Positions 10,092 to 20,100 are shown, numbered from the stretch's first letter. The stretch: DNA of 64,000 nucleotides from an uncultured Anaerolineales bacterium (GCA_964577995.1 CAZOBP010000002.1:15972-79971); one strand, 5' to 3'. Numbers and translations: made by a program. The notes: a model not told the origin generated them from the sequence alone.

Positions 10092-10121
10092 TTGACGCAG
10101 ATACTATCAATCCAGTATAAT
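10092..10121 (+). promoter_or_regulatory. Sigma70-like promoter TTGACG-18nt-TATAAT
   Basis: TTGACG at 10092-10097 and TATAAT at 10116-10121, in a locally AT-rich patch about 40 nt upstream of the riboswitch aptamer. Confidence 0.55.
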
Positions 10122-10163
10122 TGGGTCAGAACCTAGTCAAACGATACATCGCGTGCTGGATCA

Positions 10164-10263
10164 CAGCGATAAAGGCAAACCCATCGAAAGGTGGGGACGC
10201 AAAGCCATGGATCTAAGGCTCCGGGAGGGGCGATGATCGCCAGGCTGCCGAAAGTGACCGCTG
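10164..10263 (+). promoter_or_regulatory. c-di-GMP-I (GEMM-I) riboswitch aptamer
   Basis: AAAGGCAAACCCAUCGAAAGGUGGGGACGCAAAGCC matches the GEMM-I core: GCAAAC, a GAAA tetraloop hairpin and GGGACGCAAAGCC. The second arm has a CUAAG tetraloop-receptor-like element. A closing helix pairs CAGCG (10164-68) with CGCUG (10259-63). Confidence 0.8.
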
Positions 10264-10291
10264 CACACCGCGGACGTTCTTCCACTGATCG

Positions 10292-10318
10292 ACGCCTGGC
10301 GTGAGCCAGGCGTTTTTC
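10292..10318 (+). terminator. Intrinsic terminator forming the riboswitch expression platform
   Basis: ACGCCTGGC-GTGA-GCCAGGCGT followed by TTTTT. GCCAGGC also occurs inside the aptamer (10239-45) and could pair with 10294-10300 instead. Confidence 0.75.
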
Positions 10319-10448
10319 TATCTCCATCGCCCAGGTACCAAGGACCCTGGCAGGAATCGGGTCTTTTCGTTGGCGAAATCAGGATTCTCCCGATACACAG
10401 CCTGGCCAAGACTGGGTATTCTAGAAAGTGAGATGGGGAGGGCATAGT

Positions 10449-10649
10449 GTGAGGAACCGAAAGGAGAGGTTGCTCAGGGCTAAGGAAGCAGCCGAGTACC
10501 TCGGAGTGAGCCTTGTAACCCTGCGTAGGATGGAGAAGCAGGGCGCGCTCTCACCCTATCGTACGCCGGGAGGACACCGTAGATACAGCATAGAGATGCT
10601 TGAGGAGTACCTGGAGAGTTCTCGAAGATTCTCAGGCGCGACTCAATAG
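10449..10649 (+). CDS. Small HTH DNA-binding protein (excisionase/MerR-type HTH_17-like)
   Basis: LLRAKEAAEYLGVSLVTLRRMEKQGALSPYRTPGGHRRY is a typical excisionase-family HTH. GTG 10449 follows GGGGAGGG; GTG 10428 is an alternative start. Confidence 0.7.
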   Translation: MRNRKERLLRAKEAAEYLGVSLVTLRRMEKQGALSPYRTPGGHRRYSIEMLEEYLESSRRFSGATQ

Positions 10650-10944
10650 CAGGCCACGGCCGGTGATTCGGTTGGGATCATTCCTCACACCCAGGTCGTG
10701 GAGCGCGAACTGCGGAGTTGTCCCGCCGGCGGCGGATAGCACAGACTCGATGCCGATTGTATGGGGTGAGCGGGGAGTTTGCGATGACCATGACGAGCAG
10801 TACGATCACTGTGGCCAGGAACGAATACTGGTGTTCGCTGTGTAGCATGGGTGAGCAGACAGATAGCGTGCCCTGAAAACGTTGGGACTACGGGCTAGCT
10901 ACCTGGTTCTTCACAAGGACCGGAGGGTGATGAGGCGCTAAACG

Positions 10945-12146
10945 ATGACTCAGAGCAAGGTTCTCATAGTTGATGATGATAGGCTGACCCTGACCATAGT
11001 GGCAGATACGCTGCGAGAGGCTGGGTTGGTGGTGGAAACCGCGCAGAACGGTCAAGAAGCACTGCACAAGCTAGCGGATTCAACCCTGACCTGATCGTCC
11101 TGGACGTGGTCATGCCCGACTTGGACGGCTACGAGGTCGCTCGTCGGTTGCGACAGGATCCCGCTTGGGCGCTGATTCCCATCATCATGCTCACCACCAA
11201 GGGTGGTATCGCCGACAAGGTGACTGCTTTCCAGGCAGGGGCAGACGATTACCTGACCAAGCCTTTCGATCCGGTCGAACTCGAGGTGAGGGTCAAGGCG
11301 CATCTGGCAAGGACCCGAGCAGCGCTGGGTGTACAGCGCACCAAGCCCAGAGGCAAGGTCATCACGCTATTCAGCCTGCGAGGCGGAGCGGGCGTGACGT
11401 CCCTGGCGGTCAATCTCGCCGCAGCACTAGCTCAATTGTGGCAGGTGGAGGTACCTCTGCTCGATCTGGCTCTGGAATCCGGTCATGCAGCCCTGATGCT
11501 TGACGTGAGGCCCAAATACACGCTGGCAGAACTGGCGCGGAAGTCGCTGGCCGATGTCGAGTTTGGCCTCTTGGCTGGCTATCTGGCGGACCACGAGTCC
11601 GGAGTGAGAGTCCTGGCGGCGCCCAGAAGTGCGGAAGAGGCTGGCCTGGTGACGCCATCCCTGGTGGACAAGATCCTTTCCCTACTCAGGGAGCGGTTCG
11701 AGTACCTGGTCATAGATACTCCGTCGGCCTTCACCGAAGTCACTCTGGCGACGCTCGATGCTTCCGATCTGATCATCCTGGTGGTCACGCCGGAGATCGC
11801 GGGAGTGAAGGTGATGGTGAACACACTAGATATCTTCGCGTCACTGGGCTACCCCGAGGAGCGGCTACTGGCGGTCGTCAACCACAACCTGCCAAAGGGA
11901 GCACTACCCACGGAGAACATTCAGGCTTCTCTGCGTATACCAGTGATGGACGGTGTGCCGTATGACAGCGGGGCGTTCGTGCAAGGCATTAACAAAGGTG
12001 TGCCCTTCGTGTTGAGCGGGACTTCGAGCGACGCAGCCAGGGTGGTAGCGCGCCTGGCGTACCAAGTGAGCAAGCCGGAGATGCAGCAGAGCAGGCCCGA
12101 ATCGCCCTCACCTTTGCTGCAGAGCGTCCGGCGGACTCTGAAGTGA
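10945..12146 (+). pseudogene. TadZ/CpaE-like protein (receiver domain + ParA/MinD-type ATPase) with a 1-nt frameshift inside the receiver domain
   Basis: ATG 10945 gives MTQSKVLIVDDD...EALHKLADS and then stops at 11092. The frame of ORF 11106..12146 already reads NPDLIVLDVVMPDLDG from 11082. The C-terminal part has FSLRGGAGVTSLAVNLA (deviant Walker A) and LVIDTP. Confidence 0.75.
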
Positions 12147-12156
12147 GGCAAGAAGG

Positions 12157-13383
12157 ATGAACTGTCCAGAATGCGGGGAAGAACTTGTGGGCAATGAGGC
12201 GGTATGTCCTCATTGTCTGACCCGATTGGCTGTCCTGGAGCAGCAAGGGGAAGCCAACTCGGTTGTGTCGGAAAGTCCCGTGGGTCCGGTGCTGCTGCGA
12301 CCGCTGGGCAAGCGGTTCTCCGCACCTTCTGTCCCAAAGCGCAGGTTGGTGATAGGTGCACTGATACCAGTCGCCCTGATCGTGGTTGCCTCGCTGTGGG
12401 TGACCAGAGCGCAGCGCGACGCGGCGTACTACTTCAATGAGGCCGAGAGGCTCTATGAGGGACGGCAATACGAATCTGCGCTTGTATCCTATCGCAGGGT
12501 GACGGACTTGGAGCCTGAACTTGGTGTGGTCTACGCTCGAATGGGATGGTGCTACTACCACCTGGCGCGCGACGAGGAGTCGGTTCCGCAGTTCCGGAGG
12601 GCCATCGAGCTCGAGCCAGAATTGGCGGAAGCGCACGCGGGCTTGGGTCAGGCCTACTACTACCTGAGGGAGTATCCAGAGGCGGAGAGTGCTCTACGGG
12701 GGGCCATCGAACTGGACAATCGAAGGGCGGAAAGCTATGGCTATCTCGGCTCTGCTCTCTTCTGGCAGGACAGGTATGAAGAGGCGATACAGCCGTTGAC
12801 GGAGGCTACTCGCCTCGATCCATTCGATGCTGACTCTCATGAGTTCCTTGGGCGCTCCTACTTCCTGCTGGGCAGGTACAACGACGCACTGAGCCCTCTG
12901 AGCACGGCCATTGGACTCGATGCTGATGACGTTGACGTGACGCGAGCTCTGGCACAAACCTACTACGAGTTGGGACGGTACGAGCAGGCCGGCCCCTACT
13001 TCTTGGATTTGCTAGCCTACGAACCAGACGACCCAGAGCTCTATCTACTGCTAGGTCGCTCCTTGTACGAGGATGGAGACTATGGTCAGGCCATCGCCCA
13101 GTTGAACGTAGCTCTGGACAAACTGAGCGTGGGCCTCGTGGCGCCAGCAAGCTACCGTTATCTGGGCTGGTCCTATTATGAACTCGAGCGGTACCAAGAG
13201 GCGATCTATCTCTTTGAGCGGTCGCTGATCTTCGAAGCGGAACAGGCGGACACCTACAGTGGCCTCGGCTGGTGCTATCAACGTCTGGACAGATGCGAGG
13301 AGGCAGTGCCCATGTTCGAGCGGGCACTGGAGCTGGATCACACCCTACAGACAGCTAGAGGAGGTCTCGATGCGTGCCGGTAG
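12157..13383 (+). CDS. Zinc-ribbon / single-TM / TPR-repeat protein
   Basis: N-terminal CPECG...CPHC, one hydrophobic helix (LVIGALIPVALIVVASLWV), then about 8 TPR-like repeats (A..Y...G.Y.EA...). Confidence 0.8.
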   Translation: MNCPECGEELVGNEAVCPHCLTRLAVLEQQGEANSVVSESPVGPVLLRPLGKRFSAPSVPKRRLVIGALIPVALIVVASLWVTRAQRDAAYYFNEAERLYEGRQYESALVSYRRVTDLEPELGVVYARMGWCYYHLARDEESVPQFRRAIELEPELAEAHAGLGQAYYYLREYPEAESALRGAIELDNRRAESYGYLGSALFWQDRYEEAIQPLTEATRLDPFDADSHEFLGRSYFLLGRYNDALSPLSTAIGLDADDVDVTRALAQTYYELGRYEQAGPYFLDLLAYEPDDPELYLLLGRSLYEDGDYGQAIAQLNVALDKLSVGLVAPASYRYLGWSYYELERYQEAIYLFERSLIFEAEQADTYSGLGWCYQRLDRCEEAVPMFERALELDHTLQTARGGLDACR

Positions 13384-14035
13384 GTTGTACTCAGTTGGTG
13401 CGTCAGGAAGTGAGGCGGAAACGGGGCAGGGCCTGGTCGAGTACGCGCTGATCGTGGCCCTGGTGGCCCTAGTCGTCAGCGCTGTGCTGATTGCCCTGGG
13501 ACCAGCGATTGGCGACGCCTTCAGAGCTGTCCAGGACAGGATGCGCGAGCTTGGTGCCGGTGCAGCGACTCCCGTCGCCACCAGCGAGCCAGGTGTTACA
13601 GTTACCCCAGGTCCTGCTGAGGTCGTCATCGACCCCTCCTGTTCCTGCTTTGACTGCAAGGGTTCATCGAAGGGAAAGCCCTCTGAACGCACCCCCGAGG
13701 AGGAGCATATATGCTTCACCAACCGAGAAGCATACGCGGTGGACATGACAGGGTGGACGGTGACGGATGCGGTGAATCACCGCTACACCTTCCCGCGTTT
13801 CCACCTCCAGGCGGGGGCGAGTGTCAAGCTGTATAGTGACAGGGGCGCCGATACGGAGACCGATCTCTACTGGGGAACGGAAGGCAACATCTGGAACGAC
13901 AAGGGCGACACTGCATACCTACGTAATGCAACCGGCGTCCTGGTTGACGAGTACTCGTATGGACGCATGGTACCTCCAGCTGCGACGTTGGTGCCTGATC
14001 CGAGCCCGCCGCCGGTGAGTCCTGTGCTGCCCTAG
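13370..14035 (+). CDS. Flp-type prepilin-like N-terminus fused to a lamin-tail-domain (LTD)-like C-terminus
   Basis: ATG 13370 follows AGAGGAGG. The leader MRAGRLYSVGASGSEAETG precedes QGLVEYALIVALVALVV (a G-x4-EY class III signal), then ...LGPAIGDAFRAV. After a linker comes AVDMTGWTVTD..YTFP..L.AG..V.LYS...IWNDKGDTAYL, which is LTD-like. Confidence 0.6.
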   Translation: MRAGRLYSVGASGSEAETGQGLVEYALIVALVALVVSAVLIALGPAIGDAFRAVQDRMRELGAGAATPVATSEPGVTVTPGPAEVVIDPSCSCFDCKGSSKGKPSERTPEEEHICFTNREAYAVDMTGWTVTDAVNHRYTFPRFHLQAGASVKLYSDRGADTETDLYWGTEGNIWNDKGDTAYLRNATGVLVDEYSYGRMVPPAATLVPDPSPPPVSPVLP

Positions 14036-14211
14036 CTAGGGGTGATGGTGGTCAAAAGGTGCACGCTGAAGAAGACTGTGGCAATCTATTGGCGGTTGTG
14101 CAGGAAAGCGGGGGGCAGGCAGCCCGACCGCGCTTGGATACCGTGACAAACTCGATCTCCGTGCGTAGAGAAGTGGCAATTCCGGAAGCAGGCGCCCTTG
14201 AATCGGCCGGC

Positions 14212-14985
14212 ATGCGCGCTGCCCGGGTGGCAGATTGCACCGGTGGCATGGAGACCGGTCAGTCATTGGTCGAGTATTGCCTGTTATTGCTTCTGGTAGC
14301 GATCATCGTGCTGGGGGGCGTGTGGCTGGTAGGAATGCGGGTGTCGAGAGCGTACGGGAGAGTGACCACGAACATCGGCGAGTCCGAGGAGGTGCCCACG
14401 CCCGTGCCCACAGCCACGCCCGAGGAGGGTAGTTCATCCTGGCAGGAGTGGCAAGAAGCGGCTGGCAGCGGGTGGCGTGCGGAGACGACGCGGTACTGTG
14501 TGGATCAGCAGGGTGAGCACAGATCGTTCTACGGCGCTGAGAACTGGACGGACTACATCATTCGAGTGAAGGCCAATCTCTATCAAGGGGAGGGCTATGG
14601 CGTGTTCTTCAGGGCCGTCGATGTGAGTCACGTCAGCGGCTATGTGTTCCAGTATGAGCCTACCTGTAGGTATCTGGGCCGAGAAGGATGTTTCAGTCTC
14701 CGAAAGGTTGTCGGCGGCCGTGTTGAGTACCCGTTCGCCCGAAGCAGCGTGCCGTCTGACTACGAATGGTACAACGCTCCAAGAGACATCGAAGTGCAAG
14801 TGGAGGGTAGCTCTTTCAGAGCCTTCATCGACGGCGAGGAGGTATTGATGGGGACGGATGGTGAGTACACCCACGGTCAGGTGGGTCTACGCACCTGGGA
14901 CGCATCGGAAGTCTGCTTCTGGGAGTTCACGATCACTTTCCTCGAGCAGCCGGATCGGGATCGTGACGATCGGGATGGACAGTAG
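14212..14985 (+). CDS. Flp-type prepilin-like N-terminus fused to a ConA-like/DUF1080-like beta-sandwich domain
   Basis: MRAARVADCTGGMETG precedes QSLVEYCLLLLLVAIIVL (G-x4-EY). After a P/T/E linker come WTDYIIRVKA, GYGVFFRA, GYVFQY and GQVGLRTW, as in 3-keto-disaccharide-hydrolase/LamG-like domains. The start could be ATG 14248. Confidence 0.55.
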   Translation: MRAARVADCTGGMETGQSLVEYCLLLLLVAIIVLGGVWLVGMRVSRAYGRVTTNIGESEEVPTPVPTATPEEGSSSWQEWQEAAGSGWRAETTRYCVDQQGEHRSFYGAENWTDYIIRVKANLYQGEGYGVFFRAVDVSHVSGYVFQYEPTCRYLGREGCFSLRKVVGGRVEYPFARSSVPSDYEWYNAPRDIEVQVEGSSFRAFIDGEEVLMGTDGEYTHGQVGLRTWDASEVCFWEFTITFLEQPDRDRDDRDGQ

Positions 14986-15080
14986 AAGGGAGGAGACCCG
15001 GTCAACTGATCGCGCATTGATGGAGGGCAGTGCTTGAGCGGCGTATGTATGGGTGCAGGGTGATCACTCTGCGAGAATGA

Positions 15081-15470
15081 ATGGCTGGTGATGAGATGGA
15101 CGTAGCGAAATACAAGGACTTGTATCTCACCGAGGCTTACGCACAGGTCGCTGTGATGGAAGAGGGGGTTGCGGCGCTTGGGGACTCTCCGGCAGACTCT
15201 GAACTCCTGTCGAGCATCAGTCGCGCTGCCCACACGTTGAAGGGTATGTCTGCGACGATGGGGTATGAGAAACTGGCTCGGCTAGCCGGCGGAGTGGAGA
15301 GACTGATGGACTCGAACACACTCCGGAGCGTAGCCGGTACGTCTGAGCTCGGTGATCTGCTGACTGACTGCATCGAAACACTTCGCCTACTCTTAGGGCA
15401 GGTTGTCGACGGGAGCGCCTGCGAAGTCGAGTTGGACGCCTTACTGCGGCGGATGGAGCTTCTTGCCTAG
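15081..15470 (+). CDS. Stand-alone Hpt (histidine phosphotransfer) domain protein
   Basis: AAHTLKGMSATMGYEKLARLA is the HxLKG Hpt signature. The size is about 125 aa. Confidence 0.75.
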   Translation: MAGDEMDVAKYKDLYLTEAYAQVAVMEEGVAALGDSPADSELLSSISRAAHTLKGMSATMGYEKLARLAGGVERLMDSNTLRSVAGTSELGDLLTDCIETLRLLLGQVVDGSACEVELDALLRRMELLA

Positions 15471-15528
15471 CAAGAACGACTATGCTGATCTGCTTCGAGT
15501 CACCAGTCGAACAGGAGGGAGGGGGAGC

Positions 15529-15909
15529 GTGGTAAGAATACTGTTGGTCGAGGACGAGGCAAGCCTTCGGCGCTTGATCGAGTATGCACTTCAAACCAGG
15601 GGGTATGAAGTGGTCGTGGCTGCCGACGGGCGCCAGGGACTGGACAAGGCACGATCTGAATCGCCGGATCTCATTCTCCTCGACATGGTCATGCCGGAAA
15701 TGGGCGGAATGGAGGTCCTCAGCGCGTTGAAGAAGGATGCGCGTTTGAAGGACATTCCGGTGCTGATTGTGACTGCCAGTGCGCAGAAAGGGGATGCGGA
15801 GAAGGCCATGGGTATGGGCGCGGCAGGCTATCTGACCAAGCCTTTCCACGTGCCCACTCTGTACGACAGAGTTGAAGAACTCCTGTCCGGTGTAGCCGAG
15901 AAAGGTTAG
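15529..15909 (+). CDS. Single-domain CheY-like response regulator
   Basis: GTG 15529 follows GGAGGGAGGGGGAG, with ILLVEDE, LILLDMVMPEMGG and YLTKPF. Confidence 0.9.
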   Translation: MVRILLVEDEASLRRLIEYALQTRGYEVVVAADGRQGLDKARSESPDLILLDMVMPEMGGMEVLSALKKDARLKDIPVLIVTASAQKGDAEKAMGMGAAGYLTKPFHVPTLYDRVEELLSGVAEKG

Positions 15910-15924
15910 AGGGGATGAGAGTAG

Positions 15925-16320
15925 ATGGGCAGAATCCTTGTGGTGGATGATTCTCCATTCATGGTGCGCCTCGTAACGTACATGCTGGAGTCCGCAGGCC
16001 ATGAGACGGCGAGCGCTGAGAACGGGAAAGTCGCGCTTGGCCTTATGGCCGAGGAGGTCCCGGACCTGGTGTTCCTTGACAGCATGATGCCCGAGATGGA
16101 CGGTTTGGAGACGCTGCGCGCAATCAGAGCGAACCCCAACACCATGGACGTGCCGGTCCTCATGCTGACGGCCAAGGCCCAGGACGACGACTACCTGGCT
16201 GCCAGGGAGGCGGGCGCCAATGGGTACCTGACCAAGCCGTTCAACCGGGCTGACGTGTTGGACAGCGTGGCTCGGTGCCTGGGTCCCGGATCTGAAGGAG
16301 CGGACGAGGAAGATGAGTGA
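15925..16320 (+). CDS. Single-domain CheY-like response regulator
   Basis: ILVVDDSP, VFLDSMMPEMDG and YLTKPF. The stop overlaps the start of the next gene. Confidence 0.9.
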   Translation: MGRILVVDDSPFMVRLVTYMLESAGHETASAENGKVALGLMAEEVPDLVFLDSMMPEMDGLETLRAIRANPNTMDVPVLMLTAKAQDDDYLAAREAGANGYLTKPFNRADVLDSVARCLGPGSEGADEEDE

Positions 16321-17146
16321 GAGTCCCGGTGCCAGAGAGGAAGTAGTCCGGCTGAAGTGGTACGTCGTGGCTGCCACCGTCGCTCTCATTACCCTCTTGG
16401 AGGTGTTCTATCTGACGGTGGTGGAAGTGCCACCGGTGGAGTGTCTGATCCAGTGGATAGTGGTTACGGGTTTGGCCCTGGCACTCATCCACTTCACGTT
16501 CACGATGGCGCTCAGGGAGCATGACCGCGTCGAACAACAGGCGCGGCAACTAGCAAGGCCGCTTGCGGAGGGCGAGAAAGACCGGGATGCCATCAGACGC
16601 CTGGCGTATCACGACGAACTGACCGGTTTGCCCAACCGTGCGCTGTTCTAAGATCGACTGGAGGTGGCGACATCTCGTGCGCGACGCAACGGTTCCAAGC
16701 TTGTGGTGATGTTGATGGACTTGGATCGGTTCAAGGAGATCAACGACACACTTGGGCATGCGGCGGGGGATCGCTTGCTACAGAGGGTTGGGGAGCGGCT
16801 GACGGCCACTGTGCGGAAGAGCGATACCGTATGTCGGATGGGTGGCGATGAGTTCCTCTTGCTCTTCCCTGACCCGGACCGCTCGGAGGAGGCGGACGTA
16901 ATCGCCGATAAGGTTCTGACAGCGATCAGGGACCCTATTGGTGTGGGTGATCTGCAACTACAGATCACCACCAGCCTTGGCGCAGCGCTGTACCCAGATC
17001 ATGGCATAGATTGTGATACTCTCATTAGCAGCGCTGACATCGCCATGTACCATGTCAAGGATAATGGGCGAGACGGCTATCAGTGGCATGCTCCAACGCA
17101 GAAGAGGGGGCAGCTTCCTGGTCCGGATCTCGCGGCCGGGAGGTGA
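16313..17146 (+). pseudogene. Membrane-anchored GGDEF diguanylate cyclase interrupted by one in-frame TAA (16649-16651)
   Basis: ORFs 16313..16651 and 16664..17146 share a frame. The read is ...DELTGLPNRALF*DRLEVA...LMDLDRFKEINDTLGHAAGD...RKSDTVCRMGGDEFLL. Two N-terminal TM helices are present, and the GGDEF and RxxD I-site motifs are intact. Confidence 0.75.
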
Positions 17147-17151
17147 GAGCT

Positions 17152-20100
17152 GTGACAGACGAGCGCATGACCAGGGAGCAGTTGATGGGCGAGGTGCTCG
17201 AGCTACGGCACAAAGTCGCCGAACTGGAGTCATTGGAGCAGGGGGGGAGGAGGGCCGAGGAGGAGGCCCGCAAGGAGCGGGACAAGACCCAGAAATACCT
17301 CGACGTCGCAGGGGTGATCTTCGTGGTCATCGGCGTAAACGAAGAGGTGGAGCTTGTCAACAAGCAGGGCTGTGAGGTTCTGGGGTACGACGAGCATGAG
17401 ATCGTCGGCCGGAACTGGTTCGAGACGTTTCTCCCGGCCCGAGTCAGGGATGACGTGCGGGCGGTTTTCACCTCACTGATGAACGGCGCTCTCGAGCCGG
17501 CCGAACGTTATGAGAATCCCATCCTGGCCAAGGCCGGGGAGGAGCGCACCATCGTCTGGCACAATACTGTTCTCACGGACGAAACAGGTGTCATTGTCGG
17601 GGCTATCTCGTCAGGGCAGGACATTACTGAGCGCAGGCAGGCGGAAAAGGCCTTACGAGAGAGTGAGAGGAGCTTCAGGGCACTGGCCGACAATGCCAGT
17701 GATGGTATTCTCATCGGGACGAGTAGTGGTCTACACATATACGCCAATCGACGGGCAGCAGAGATCACAGGCTACGAAGCGGATGAGTTGGTGGATATGG
17801 GGATTCGAGATCTCGTCCATCCCGATGAGCTGTCGACGGTTCTCGAGACCTACAGGAAGCGATTGGAGGGCCAATCGGCTCCGCGCCACTACGAGACGCG
17901 CTTTGTGCGGAACGACGGGACGACGGTGGCGGTGGAGTTGGCGGGTGCGAAGACCGTCTGGCAGGGACTGCCCGCCGACCTAGTTCTCTTTCGCGACATA
18001 GCCGAGCGCAAGCAGGCCGAGACCGAACTCAGAGATTCCGAGGAGCGACTCAGAACACTGTTCGAGTCCGCGCCCGTGGCCTACTACCTGAATGATCTGC
18101 GAGGGACATTCCTCGACGGCAATAGAGCTGCGGAGCAACTGTTCGGCTACGCACGGGAGGAGTTGGTCGGAAGCAGCCTCCTGGAGCTGAGACTGCTCTC
18201 CGCAGACCAGCTTCCTCGCTCCTCTGCTCTCCTGGCCAGAAGTGCTATGGGTGACGCTACCGGCCCCGATGAGTTCGTGCTGAACCGCAGAGACGGCACG
18301 GAGGTCGCCATGGAGATAAGCACATACCCGGTCAAGTTGAAGGGCGACTCTGTGATCCTCGGTATTGCCAGGGACATCACCCAGAGTAAAGATGCTGAAG
18401 AGGCGCTGAGGGAGAACGAACAGCGCTATCGCGGGTTGTTCGAGAACTCTCCCATCGCCCTCTGGGAGGAGGATGCCTCGGAAGTCAAGAGATACATAGA
18501 TGAACTGCGTGCCTCGGGTGTCAAGGACTACAGGAGCTACTTTGGCAGTCACCCAGGGGCCGTTCGCGAGTGCACGGGATTGGTCAGAATACTCGACGTG
18601 AATCAGGCTACCCTGGACTTGTACGGGGCAGAGAGTAAGGAGGAACTGCTGGCAGGTCTGGACCAGGTACTCGCCGAAGGCTCGTATGACATCTTCAAGG
18701 AGGAAGTGCTTGCCATCGCCGAAGGCAGAACCCAATTCGATGCTGAGACGAGAGCGCGAACTCTCTCGGGCGAGGCCCGGGATATTGCCTTGAGATGGAC
18801 GGTGGCCCCTGGCTGCGAGGAGACCTTCTCGAGCGTGTTGGTCTCAGACATAGATGTCACTGAGCGCACAAGGGCGGAAAGGGAGATCAGGCATCGCACG
18901 AGCCAGTTGACTCTTGTCAACAAAGTGGGGCAAAGGCTGGCTCCCATCCTGGAGTCTGTCCAGCTCTACACGATGGTGGTCCAGGCTGTCCAGGAGGAGT
19001 TCGGCTACCAGATGGTCGGCTTCTTCTTGGTGAGAGGCGACGAGTTGGTCGTGGAGGCGGCGGCTGGACCCTTTAAGGAATCCATCCCGGTGGGGCACAG
19101 TCAGAAGATAGGCGAAGGCACCCTGGGCTGGGTGGCCGAGCACGGAAAGCCGTTGCTGGTCAACGATGCAAGCGAGGAATCTCGCTTCTTGGAGGTGGAG
19201 ACACTAGACATCGCAGCCGAGCTGGACGTGCCCGTGACTGTCGCTGGTCAGACGATAGGCGTGATAGCGGTCGCGAGTGACTCTGCCAACGTCTTTTCCG
19301 AGACGGACGTCACGGCCATGGAGGCGATAGCCGGTCAGGTTGCCCGCGCCATCGAGAACTCCCGGCTGTACGAGCAGGAGCGGCGTCGCGGGATTCAGAG
19401 AGAGACGATCGCCGAAGTGGGGCGGGCGATCGCCGCTATTCTGGACATGGACACTCTGCTCTCACGGGTTGTGGAACTGGTGGCACAGAACTTCGGATAC
19501 TATGCAGTGAATGTGTTCGAGGTCGATGCAGCGTCTGAATACGCTGCCTTCAGAGCCTCAACGGTGGAATCCGAGGGCAGCGGGCGGGAAGGTCTCCGGC
19601 TCAGAGTAGGTGAGGAGGGGATTGTGGGATGGGTAGCCGGCAGTGGGCAACCGCTGATGGTCGATGACGTCAGTCGCGAGCCCCGTTTCCGATTCGACCC
19701 GGCGGTTGCTGACACACGTTCAGAGGTGGCGGTACCCATCAGGCTTGGAGACAAGGTCGTCGGCGTGTTGGACGTGCTCAGTGATGAGGTAGATGCCTTC
19801 GACGAGAGCGTTTTGGGGACCCTGGAAACTCTGGCGCACTCACTGGCCGTGGCCATGGAGAACGCCCGCCTGTATGAGGAGGAGAGGAGACGATCTGAGG
19901 AACTATCGGCGCTCCTGGATACGGCGCAAGCCCTGGCCTCGTCGCTGGACTTGGAGGAGGTTTTGGAGATCGTAGCGCGCCAGGTGAAGGCACTGACCCA
20001 AGCGGACGGTGGTCGTATCTACTTGTTGGAGCCCGATGGGCAGACGCTACGGCCCCTTGTGGCGCTGGGGGTGGAGGCGGAAGAGATGATGGCCTTCTCC

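Noticed and set aside
10600-10945. An 81-aa plus-strand ORF overlapping the HTH gene end, and a ~58-aa minus-strand ORF (about 10676-10849) with one hydrophobic helix, both in the HTH/TadZ spacer.
   Set aside because: Neither has a convincing RBS or any motif, and they are too short to call from sequence alone.
15217-16389. 390-aa ORF antisense to the Hpt and two CheY genes.
   Set aside because: Same high-GC antisense artefact. It spans three well-supported plus-strand genes and their intergenic RBSs.
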